Shown here: positions 1 through 8,366 of the stretch, one piece after another
Position numbering within the stretch: position 1 is the first letter of the stretch
Layout: each line of letters opens with the position of its first letter
From: an uncultured Planctomycetota bacterium
GTDB lineage: Bacteria; Planctomycetota; Planctomycetia; Isosphaerales; Isosphaeraceae
Length of the DNA stretch: 64,000 nucleotides
Reading direction: 5' to 3'
Assembly: GCA_963823665.1 (NCBI GenBank)
Contig: CAWGMQ010000006.1
Span: 64,001-128,000, forward strand
Position numbers and translations under genes: made by a program
Notes under the pieces: generated by a model
What the model was told of the DNA's origin: nothing
The model's input: the letters and a program-made list of their open reading frames with translations, nothing else
The model's database searches: none

Positions 1-438
1 GGCGCCTTCCATGATCGTCTGAGTGCGCGTGAGCTCGATGTCGGGGTTGAAGCCTTGGATCAAGGCGTAGTCGCGCTGGCATGACAAGGTGCCGCCGAGG
101 TCTGCTAATCCGAGTGCGTTATACATTTCGGCGTATCGGCAGCGAGTGACGTTGAACGAGAGGCGATCGGGGGATTTTTCGAGCACGTCGATCTCGAGCG
201 CTCCGTTCTCTTTCCAGCGGTCGAGCCCTTGTGCGAAGGCCTCGAGCGTGTGCTCGCCGACGGCCCGGGCAAGCTCGCTGCCGGCATTGCGGGCGAGATC
301 GTGGATCAGGTTGCGGACGATTTCCAGCGTGCGCGCATCGCCGAGTTCCGTCGCGAAGGCGCGGATGAGCGGTCCGACAATCCGGGCCTCGATCTCGCGC
401 TGGTCAATCAACGGCAGCTTGGGCTTGGCGGGATCCAT
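1..438 (-). CDS. L-2-amino-thiazoline-4-carboxylic acid hydrolase-like protein (3' end runs off the window)
   Basis: Not in the ORF track; manual translation from ATG at 438 gives MDPAKPKLPLIDQREIEARIVGPLIRAF...FNVTRCRYAEMYNALGLADLGGTLSCQRDYALIQGFNPDIELTRTQTIMEGA. The VTRCxYAEMY, C-x-RD and LTRTQTIMEGA motifs fit this family. Confidence 0.8.
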   Translation of the reverse strand, partial: MDPAKPKLPLIDQREIEARIVGPLIRAFATELGDARTLEIVRNLIHDLARNAGSELARAVGEHTLEAFAQGLDRWKENGALEIDVLEKSPDRLSFNVTRCRYAEMYNALGLADLGGTLSCQRDYALIQGFNPDIELTRTQTIMEGA

Positions 439-669
439 CGGGTTACGGCTCCACGAAACGTGACGTGCCGGCGGGCGGAAAGACGCGAGACGAGCAGTGC
501 TCGTCCGCGCTGCCGGCGCTGATTCGATTGTACAACGAAGCGAAAGGCTTGCGTTTCCACAATTTGTGTGGAATGTTTCGATTGCGACACCGTGAGGGAA
601 CGGATCAATGTCGCCAGGGCGATCGGCAACTTGGTGTGGCAGCAGGGCTTGGCCCCGGGCGAGAGATCG

Positions 670-1683
670 ATGCAATTCAACGGCTCGACGGCGGCCCCGG
701 TGCGGTCCGGTGCCCGTGGGCGAACGCTGGGGTCGCGGTCGCGCACGACGCGACGATTTGCGCCGCAAGGCGTTGAGATTCTGGAGGATAGGAGATTACT
801 GTCCTCGTTTGACCCGGGTGTGCGCGTGGCGGCGCATCCGGCATGGCAGGGGCATTCGGAGCAGCGGCGAGTGACCGGTGCGCGAGACTCGACGCGGGAA
901 TTGAACGTTCCGTTCGCGACCGTGAACGGCGGCAGCGAACGGCTCGACGTTTACTTGCCGTCGGGTGGGCCTTCGGCCGCGGGTCGACCGGCGCTGATCG
1001 CGATTCATGGGGGCGGGTGGCGCCGGCTGGACAAGGCGGGTTATGGCGCGCGGATTGCAAGTGCATTCGTGCCAAGAGGATATGTGGTGATCGCGCCGGA
1101 CTATGAACTCTCGGCGCGGAACAAACCGACATGGCCGGTGAATCTGGAGGACGTGCAAGCGGCGGTGCGGTGGGTGCGGGAAAACGCGAGCATGTTGGGG
1201 ATCAATCCGAACGAGATCGCGGCGATTGGCGAGTCGGCGGGTGCCAATCTTGCGGCCCTGGTCGGAACAGACTCGGTCACGGGGTCGGGAGAGGCGACGA
1301 GCGCGTCGTCGGTGGAGGCTGTGGTCGCCTTTTCGACCCCGGCCGATCTGACTTCTCTCGAAGTGGAGAGCCCGCTGGCGGGCCGGGCGGTGAGGCAGTT
1401 CCTGGGTGGGACGCCCGAACAGGTGCCGGCTGCGTACACTGCGGCGTCGCCGACCGATCATGTTTCTGCGGGTGATCCGCCGATGTTTCTGGTGCAAGGG
1501 AGGCAGGATCCCTTGATCCCTTACACCCAATCGGTGGAGCTGGCGAATGCGCTCTCCGAGGCAGGCGTACGGAATCGGCTGGTGCTCGTGAATGGAGGTC
1601 ACGACCTCGACTTTCCAGGCCATTACCGGAAATTGATCCGGCAGATTCTTGAATTTCTCGACACAACCTGGAAGGATGAGTGA
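670..1683 (+). CDS. Alpha/beta hydrolase (GDXG/BD-FAE-like esterase) with N-terminal planctomycete extracellular motif
   Basis: HGGGW oxyanion motif, GESAG nucleophile elbow, QDPLIP and GGH; N-terminal RRFAPQGVEILEDRRLLS. ATG at 670 preferred over the ORF start at 568. Confidence 0.85.
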   Translation: MQFNGSTAAPVRSGARGRTLGSRSRTTRRFAPQGVEILEDRRLLSSFDPGVRVAAHPAWQGHSEQRRVTGARDSTRELNVPFATVNGGSERLDVYLPSGGPSAAGRPALIAIHGGGWRRLDKAGYGARIASAFVPRGYVVIAPDYELSARNKPTWPVNLEDVQAAVRWVRENASMLGINPNEIAAIGESAGANLAALVGTDSVTGSGEATSASSVEAVVAFSTPADLTSLEVESPLAGRAVRQFLGGTPEQVPAAYTAASPTDHVSAGDPPMFLVQGRQDPLIPYTQSVELANALSEAGVRNRLVLVNGGHDLDFPGHYRKLIRQILEFLDTTWKDE

Positions 1684-1716
1684 AACCTATCTAATTCATT
1701 CGCGATGATTTCATGA

Positions 1717-3051
1717 GTGGGATCACCAGGTCCTCTGCATGGCGGTGGTGGTGCGGAATCGTTGGTGGGAGGCGGCACTGTGACTATCGCGATTGGTGTT
1801 GATGGTGTTAGCTCAGCAATACCCGGTGCTCATGAGCTTTCGGGCGAGTGGGACCGCGTGTTGTTCACCGCCAGCGATCGGCCGAACACGGACACGCTTC
1901 CGGCCCTCCGCGATCCGGCTTCGGACCACGAAGGGGAGGAACTCACGCGACGACGCGGGGATATCGAGGAGAAACACGAGCGGATCCGCCAGTTTCTCGA
2001 CGCCACGGGGCAAGATGCGGTTGTTTTCGGACTGGCTGATTCCGTGGCGTGGTTTACCTCCGGCGGCGATCTGGCGCAGACACTGGGCTCGGACCAGAGC
2101 TCGATTCTGCTTTACATCAGCCGCACATCACGGGCGGTGGTCGCCGACAATGTGCAGAGCAGCCGAGTGTTTGAGGAGGAGCTTGCGGGGCTGGGGTTTC
2201 AGCTCAAGGAGCGGCCATGGTACGACGAGCCGCACCAGGTGCTCGCCGAGCTGTGCCACAACAAGCGGGTTGCGACCGATCTGGGGCAGTCGGGTTATTC
2301 GCACCTCCGGCGAGAGAGTGACGGCCTTTTCGACTTGCGGCGGCGACTGACGACGATCGAGCGCCAGCGGCTGCGTGAGCTGGGGCGGACGATCAGCCTG
2401 GCGGTCGAGGCGACGTGCCGGAACTTCGTTCCGGGGGAGCGTGAAGCCGACGTGGCTGGCCACCTTGCGCATCGGCTGATTCGCGAGGGCGTGGTGCCGG
2501 TTGACTTGCGGGTTGCCAGCGACGATCGTCTGAGCCGATTCCGGCAGCCGACCTTCAAGGACTCACCGATCCGGAGGCGAGCGACGATTGCGGTAACCGG
2601 GCGACGGCATGGGCTCTGTGCATCGATCACGCGCACGGTCGCATTTGGCAAGGTCGAGCCGGAGTTTCGCGAGAATCATGCGCTGGCCACGATGGTCGAC
2701 GCCACCTGCATCTTCTTTTCGCGGCCGAAGCAGGTGATTTCTGAAGTCTTCCGCCGCGCCAAGCGAATCTACGAGAAATTCGATCATCCCCACGAGTGGA
2801 CGCTGGATTACCAGGGGTGCTTGATCGGCTATTCGCCGCGTGAGGTGCTGCTGCGGCCTGATTCGTCGCTGGTGCTCGATTCGCACATGGCGCTGGCGTG
2901 GAGCCCGAGCGTCGGCTCAGCGCGCACCGAAGACACGGTGATCATCGACGCGCGGGGCTATGAAGTCGTCACCAAGATGGCCGACTGGCCGGCGATCGAG
3001 GTCGCTGTGAAGGGGTACGTCATCCCGCGGCCGGGGATTCTCGAGCGCTGA
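1717..3051 (+). CDS. M24 family (Xaa-Pro aminopeptidase/creatinase-like) protein
   Basis: VAWFTSGG, GLCASITRT, GYSPRE, AWSPSV...RTEDT pattern. True start uncertain (possibly near 1861). Confidence 0.7.
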   Translation: MGSPGPLHGGGGAESLVGGGTVTIAIGVDGVSSAIPGAHELSGEWDRVLFTASDRPNTDTLPALRDPASDHEGEELTRRRGDIEEKHERIRQFLDATGQDAVVFGLADSVAWFTSGGDLAQTLGSDQSSILLYISRTSRAVVADNVQSSRVFEEELAGLGFQLKERPWYDEPHQVLAELCHNKRVATDLGQSGYSHLRRESDGLFDLRRRLTTIERQRLRELGRTISLAVEATCRNFVPGEREADVAGHLAHRLIREGVVPVDLRVASDDRLSRFRQPTFKDSPIRRRATIAVTGRRHGLCASITRTVAFGKVEPEFRENHALATMVDATCIFFSRPKQVISEVFRRAKRIYEKFDHPHEWTLDYQGCLIGYSPREVLLRPDSSLVLDSHMALAWSPSVGSARTEDTVIIDARGYEVVTKMADWPAIEVAVKGYVIPRPGILER

Positions 3052-3069
3052 GTGGCTCGAGGAGGTCCG

Positions 3070-3089
3070 TTCGCGGAGCGAAGGGCGAC
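3070..3089 (+). repeat. Dispersed 20-bp REP-like hairpin TTCGCGGAGCGAA(G/A)GGCGAC
   Basis: Copies at 3070-3089, 20428-20447, 24925-24944 and 29222-29241, plus a reverse copy split by the IS (8352-8366 + 10019-10026). Core TTCGC-GGA-GCGAA is a hairpin. Confidence 0.85.
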
Positions 3090-3340
3090 AATGGGCCTGT
3101 GTGCAGCCCGTCGGTCGGGCGAAGGCTACGTCGTCCCGCGGCCTGGGATTCTCGGGCGTCAGGATCGTCCGGTGCGGCCTCAATCGCGCTCGAGACAAAC
3201 TGCGTCATTCACGCGATGATTCGCCCTCGCGCGTGAGCGTACGTTGCACCTGCGTCTGAATGAACTTTCCTCTTGACGCGAACGAAGTACAATGAGAGGG
3301 AGGATCGGGGGATCATCCCGGGGGAAAGGAAACAGGATTC

Positions 3341-4156
3341 ATGAGGCTTTCGTGGAAGATGGGGCGGGTTGCGGGGATCGATCTGTATTTGCACGCGACT
3401 TTTCTCCTGGTTTTCTGGTTCTTGCGGAACATACGTGGTGGGCCGGTTGAGTCGATCCTCTTCACCTGCTCGGTGTTCGGGTGCGTGCTCTTGCATGAGT
3501 TGGGGCACGCGCTTGCCGCGCGGCAGTTCGGCATCCGCACGATTGACATCACGCTCTACCCTATTGGTGGCGTGGCGCGGCTGGAGCGCATGCCGCGCGC
3601 GCCGGGTGCGGAGCTACTGATCGCGCTGGCCGGGCCAGCGGTCAATTTCGCCATCGCGGCCGCGATCACCAGCGTCTTCTTTCTGGGTGCCGCCGGATTC
3701 GGTCTGACGTCGAGCTTCAGCTCGTTTCTGGGCGAGCTGCTGCTGGTGAACCTCGGGCTCGGGTTGTTCAATCTCATTCCCGCGTTTCCCATGGATGGCG
3801 GGCGGGTGCTGCGAGCGGGGTTGAGCACCATGCTTGGTCGAGCCCAGGCAACGCACGTGGCGTCGATCGTGGGGCAGGTACTGGCAGTTCTGTTTGCGTT
3901 CGCGGCCCTGCGCTGGACGGGTGAGCCGATCCATCTGGCGCTCGCAGCATTCATCTTTTTCGCGGCGCGGAACGAGGAAGCCCATGTCCGTTATGAAGAG
4001 CGGCGCCGCGCGACTGTGAAGGCGAACGCCCAGGGCATGTGGGTGGCACCTCCGGGATACCACTGGGTCGATCGCGGCAACGGACTCTGGCAGCTTGCGC
4101 CCATCGGCGTGAGATATCCCGATCCAGCGGCGCAGGACGCTTCAGCATGGCGCTGA
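3341..4156 (+). CDS. Site-2 protease (M50 family intramembrane zinc metalloprotease)
   Basis: HELGH, AGPAVN and FNLIPAFPMDGG motifs, multiple TM segments, AGGA upstream of ATG. Confidence 0.93.
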   Translation: MRLSWKMGRVAGIDLYLHATFLLVFWFLRNIRGGPVESILFTCSVFGCVLLHELGHALAARQFGIRTIDITLYPIGGVARLERMPRAPGAELLIALAGPAVNFAIAAAITSVFFLGAAGFGLTSSFSSFLGELLLVNLGLGLFNLIPAFPMDGGRVLRAGLSTMLGRAQATHVASIVGQVLAVLFAFAALRWTGEPIHLALAAFIFFAARNEEAHVRYEERRRATVKANAQGMWVAPPGYHWVDRGNGLWQLAPIGVRYPDPAAQDASAWR

Positions 4157-4371
4157 TTCGCATCGTCGAGCTGTCCGTGAGCGAGGCCTACGACATTCTC
4201 ACCGGTCATTTTGGTGTCCTTGACCTGCCGCCGCTGGATGCGATCGAGAACGAGGACTGGGGGCGGGATTATCTGCTTTCGCGGTTTTACGAGCTGCCGG
4301 CGGATGAGCTGGCGAAAGCCGGGCTGGTGGCCGATGCGGGCGGGGACGAGCAAGTCGGCTCAACCCTTTGA
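4147..4371 (+). CDS. Small acidic hypothetical protein (74 aa), overlapping the S2P stop
   Basis: MALIRIVELSVSEAYDILTGHFG...; protein-like composition and 10-nt overlap with the upstream gene. Confidence 0.65.
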   Translation: MALIRIVELSVSEAYDILTGHFGVLDLPPLDAIENEDWGRDYLLSRFYELPADELAKAGLVADAGGDEQVGSTL

Positions 4372-4465
4372 AAAAGCCCAGAAGGGCTCCCGTCACGGCG
4401 TCGAAGACCTTGACGTTCTTGCCTGCGCCGCGATTCGTTCGGGCAATCGGATCGAGGCGGCGACC

Positions 4466-5686
4466 TCAGGGACTCTGCGCTGATTGGAGCCGCGCGGCGG
4501 TGAAGCTGACGAGATCGCCGGTTTCGCGAGCGACCTGGGCGAGGCGATCGCTTTGGCCGGCCTTCTGGCAAAGCTCGTTGAGCGAAGGGCAGGCCAGCGA
4601 AGATTCGGGGATGCCGGCGAGGTGGGCGGCGGCGACGTCGATTGCTTCGTCGAGCTTGCCGCATTCGAGCAGCAGCTTGACCAGGACCTGGGCCGCCGGC
4701 ACGGGGTCTCCCTCTTCGTTGCGCTGGATCTCCTCACCCAGCTTTCGCCGGAAATGCGCAATGGCGATGTCGGGTTCGCGGCCGATCAGTGCGTTCAAAT
4801 ACACACCGTGGTCGTCGAAGATCTTGTCGAAGGGGGGCGAGCCGTCGAAGACCAACCGCGGAGAGAGGCATCGTCCGTAGGCGGTGAGGTCGACCGCCGT
4901 TGCGATCGCCTCGCGGTCCCGTGCGAGCAAGGACATCCGCACGATGGACGCCAGGTGCGAGATGTCGATGTGGTAGGCTTCGTCGGTGAAGAGCCAGGGG
5001 CGGCCGGCGATCAGTCCGGCGATCGTGGTCCCCTCGGGCGGAAGGACCTGACCGCGGCGGGTGATCTCGGCGCGCAGATTCGCGGTGAGCTCACTGTGAA
5101 GATGACGAATGAGCCGCTCGGCGCACGCAGCGCGAACGGCGTCGCCTTGAGGCGGAAGCTGCTCGAAGGCCGAGATCGCCGGGCACGTGCCGTAGTTCTC
5201 GAGAATCAGCTCGAAACCCCTGCGCGGATTGACTCCATGGTTCAAGGCCACCTCGATCACGGCCCCCAACCGTTCATCGTTTTCGGCAGGCTGATAGGCG
5301 TTGATCGCTGCGGCGACAGGTTCGGTCTCGGCGATGGCACGATAGTAGGCCGACGCGGTGGGAATGTCGCCCTTTTCGAGGTATCGGGAGCCGACCAGGC
5401 GGATGGCCGCGATGTATTTGTCTTCGTACTGCGTGCGAGCGGGATCCGGTAGGTCGGCCAGCTTGCCGACCGACAGGATCGGCAGGCCTAGCTCGTGGCG
5501 AGCCTTGAGCAGGAGCGCATCGAGCAAAGCGCGGTACTCGCCGGATGAATCGAGGTGGTCGATCAAGCCGTCGATTGCGGCGGCTGGGCCGCTCGAGCGA
5601 AGGGTTTCGTCGAGCTGATCGAAGGGAGAATGATCGGCGGTGGCGGCAGTCTGTAGGGGCGCAGTGCTCGTGGATGGATCGGTCAT
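4466..5686 (-). CDS. Hypothetical all-helical (TPR-like) protein
   Basis: Long ORF with typical codon usage; ATG at 5686 (MTDPSTST...). No catalytic motif recognised. Confidence 0.75.
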   Translation of the reverse strand: MTDPSTSTAPLQTAATADHSPFDQLDETLRSSGPAAAIDGLIDHLDSSGEYRALLDALLLKARHELGLPILSVGKLADLPDPARTQYEDKYIAAIRLVGSRYLEKGDIPTASAYYRAIAETEPVAAAINAYQPAENDERLGAVIEVALNHGVNPRRGFELILENYGTCPAISAFEQLPPQGDAVRAACAERLIRHLHSELTANLRAEITRRGQVLPPEGTTIAGLIAGRPWLFTDEAYHIDISHLASIVRMSLLARDREAIATAVDLTAYGRCLSPRLVFDGSPPFDKIFDDHGVYLNALIGREPDIAIAHFRRKLGEEIQRNEEGDPVPAAQVLVKLLLECGKLDEAIDVAAAHLAGIPESSLACPSLNELCQKAGQSDRLAQVARETGDLVSFTAARLQSAQSP

Positions 5687-5974
5687 GGCGGGTCTTGTTC
5701 CTCGAATGGTCGGCCGGTCCCCGTCTCGTTGCAGCGATACGTTTACCGCATTGTAGAGCGAGTGGTGCGATCGGCACAGTGTGGGCGACGAAATTGGGGG
5801 CGTGAGACTGCCGGTTGGGTGCGACAGCTTGTAGAATGAGTGAGTAGCGGCCGGGTCAGTGTCATGCATCCGGAACTCGCAGCGGGCGGCACACGGAGTG
5901 TGCCTGCTACAACAGAGCGCTCGCAGAGCCAGCGCCAACCCACGGAAAGCGCGATTTCGACTGTGCCTCAAGAA

Positions 5975-7096
5975 ATGTGCGAGAGCCCCCTGCCCTCGGC
6001 TGCCGAATCGATCTCGCCGCGCGACGAGTCACTGTTCCTCAAGGCCTGCCGGCGGCAGCCCACCGCGGTGACGCCGGTCTGGCTGATGAGGCAAGCCGGG
6101 CGGTACATGGCGGAGTACCGGGCGATCCGCGCGAAAGTGCCGTTTCTCGAGCTTTGCAAACAGCCCGAGCTGGCGGCGGAAGTGACTGTCACGGCGGCCG
6201 AAGTGCTGGGCGTCGACGCCGCGATTCTGTTCGCCGACATCCTTCTGATCCTCGAGCCGCTAGGGTTTCAGCTCGAATTCGCCAAGGGTGAGGGGCCGAT
6301 CATTCACAATCCCGTACGAGCGGGAGCGGACGTCGAGCGGGTGCGGGCGCTCGAACAAATCGCACCCCTCGAGTTCGTGACCGACGCGATCAAGCTCATC
6401 CGGAGAGCGCTGCCATCGCACATCCCATTGATCGGATTCGCGGGAGCGCCGTTCACTTTGGCGTGCTATGCGATCGAAGGGGGTGGTTCGCGTCATTACG
6501 AGCAAGCGAAGGCGTTCATGTATCGCGACCCGGGGAGCTGGCACGCGCTCCTGGAGCGCTTGGTTTCGGCGACGGCGTTGTACTTGAACGCGCAGGCTGC
6601 CGCCGGCGCGGAGGCGCTCCAGATCTTCGATAGCTGGGTGGGCACGCTCGGCCCGCATGACTATGCGCGGTTTGTGGAGCCGCACATGGCGGCGCTCTTT
6701 GCAAAGCTCGACCAGGATGTGCCGGTCATCCACTTCGGCACGGGCACGGCGACCTTGCTCGAGCGGCAGCGTGATGCAGGTGGTGACGTGATCGGGCTCG
6801 ACTGGCGGGTCGAGCTTGACGAAGCCTGGCGGCGACTGGGCGCGGGGGTGGCCGTGCAGGGGAATCTTGATCCGGTGGTGCTCCTGAGCTCGCGTCAGGA
6901 AATCGAATATCAGACCCGTCGCATTCTGGGGCAGGCGGCCGGGCGGCCCGGGCACATTTTCAACCTGGGGCATGGGATCTTGCAGGAGACGCCGGTTGAG
7001 AATGTGAAGTATCTGGTCGAATTGGTGCACGAGATTTCTCACCAGCGCTCACGCACAATGAGCGCGCATCGCGAGGCTGATACCTCCCGCGCTTGA
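5975..7096 (+). CDS. hemE: Uroporphyrinogen decarboxylase
   Basis: PVWLMRQAGRYMAEY, DAAILFADIL, LIGFAGAPFTLACY, QIFDSW, VQGNLDP, HIFNLGHG. Start could be further upstream (5840/5864). Confidence 0.97.
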   Translation: MCESPLPSAAESISPRDESLFLKACRRQPTAVTPVWLMRQAGRYMAEYRAIRAKVPFLELCKQPELAAEVTVTAAEVLGVDAAILFADILLILEPLGFQLEFAKGEGPIIHNPVRAGADVERVRALEQIAPLEFVTDAIKLIRRALPSHIPLIGFAGAPFTLACYAIEGGGSRHYEQAKAFMYRDPGSWHALLERLVSATALYLNAQAAAGAEALQIFDSWVGTLGPHDYARFVEPHMAALFAKLDQDVPVIHFGTGTATLLERQRDAGGDVIGLDWRVELDEAWRRLGAGVAVQGNLDPVVLLSSRQEIEYQTRRILGQAAGRPGHIFNLGHGILQETPVENVKYLVELVHEISHQRSRTMSAHREADTSRA

Positions 7097-7157
7097 ACAG
7101 CAACGCGCGAACCCGGCCCCGCAGCAGTGCGAATCCGCACGAAAAAACTCTTTGGGC

Positions 7158-7306
7158 CTGCGTCATCCGTCACTTGCGTCATCCCCTTGCAGCGTCTTGA
7201 CTTAACCGATGACGCAGGAATAATCGGACCCTCGGGAAAATCGCGGTAACTCTCTGTTGCAAATTGAGTTATGCGATGACGCAGAGGTGACGCAGCGGTG
7301 ACGGAT
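7158..7306. repeat. Cluster of TGACGCA/TGACGG motifs in inverted and direct arrangement
   Basis: TGCGTCA at 7159 and 7175; TGACGCA at 7210, 7277 and 7288; TGACGGA at 7299. Confidence 0.65.
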
Positions 7307-7355
7307 CCCAGCGGTACGATCTCCAGCCGCTCGATTCGGCTCGGGTTCGTTCGCT

Positions 7356-7452
7356 TAAGCCCCAAAGGGGCGACATCGTACGGCCTGGGGGCGTGAGCCC
7401 TAGGCCGCCAGCAAACGCTCGCCATGTTTCAAGCCCCAAAGGGCCGAAATCA
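7356..7452. repeat. REP-like palindromic element (AAGCCCCAAAGGG x2)
   Basis: Reverse complement resembles the CCAGGGGCTGACGCCACCTGG...GCCCCTTTGGGGGCT element at 59657-59787. Confidence 0.6.
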
Positions 7453-7750
7453 TAAGTAGAAGTGAATGGGGCAAAATGGGACGAAATGGGACTCCTGACC
7501 CCAAAAACAGTCTCATTCTGATTGCGGTTTACAACCGCGCGTCACGGCTGGTCATCACACCCTGAAGCAGCAAGGAAATCCCCAGGAATAAGCCAAAAAA
7601 CGCCATCAGAGTCGGGCGAGGATCCCTCGGCCCGCGGGGTGGAAATTCACCCTCCCCGCGGGCCAAGGTAGTCCCACGCTGGGCGCGGCGAAAAACTCGA
7701 GAGATTTTCGTCAAGCGCAATTCCCCCATTCCAGGGGCTCCTGCTCGTCC

Positions 7751-7810
7751 TCTTGATCTTAATCCTGATACTAATCTTAATCCTGCTCCCACCTTCACTC
7801 CCCACCCTCA
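7751..7810. repeat. Degenerate hexamer microsatellite (TAATCT/TAATCC), reverse of the GATTAA/GATTAG tracts in the array spacers
   Basis: tcttgatcttaatcctgatactaatcttaatcctg. Confidence 0.65.
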
Positions 7811-7873
7811 CCGACGATTTCGTTTTGTAGATTCGTCGCGCGTCCTTACCCCACAAGGATTACGGGAACTGAA

Positions 7874-8021
7874 CAGCATTCGACCACCCGCGGATCTCAC
7901 CCAGTCCAAGTTCGCGCCGCTTGCTCGGAAACAGGGCCACCACCCAAGCGTGATCGACCGAGAAGTCCCATTCGGCGATAGTATCCCAGGTGCGACTCGT
8001 GTTGTTAACGAAGGAATGCTG
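7874..8021 (-). ncRNA. Candidate structured RNA: ~148-nt rod-like hairpin with internal bubbles (possibly 6S-like)
   Basis: Minus-strand nested pairings found by eye: CAGCATTC/GAATGCTG, TCgCACCTGG/CTGGGTGaGA, CGCCG/CGGCG, CTTCTCGG/CCGAGcAAG, ATCAC/GTGGT. G-U pairs favour the minus strand. Confidence 0.35.
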
Positions 8022-8366
8022 CCTTGTTTCAGGAAAGGATGGACATCGACGAGGAGGTAGGAAAGGAAAAGAGAGGAAGCCGCGCATTGCGCCGGCATCG
8101 CGCGTTCGCTCACTCTCCCTTATGTATTAATATGCGACGAGTTTGCCCGCTCGGCAACAAAAGCCTCCAAAAAAAGTGCAATCACTCAACCGACACGCCT
8201 GCAACGCCAAGAGTAACGGCTTTGCGCGATTTCTTTGTTACTCGTAAACACGCGGTCGTTCGATGGATCGTGGAGGGCGTGACTGTAAGACAAGAAGATC
8301 ACTTCAGTGAACCTGAATCAGCTCAGCAATGCGGCATGGTATCGACTCAATGTCGCCCTTCGCTCC

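Noticed and set aside
3273..3293. Sigma70 promoter TTGACG...TACAAT before the S2P gene
   Set aside because: Spacing is only 9 bp; the -10 may be real but the pair is not canonical.
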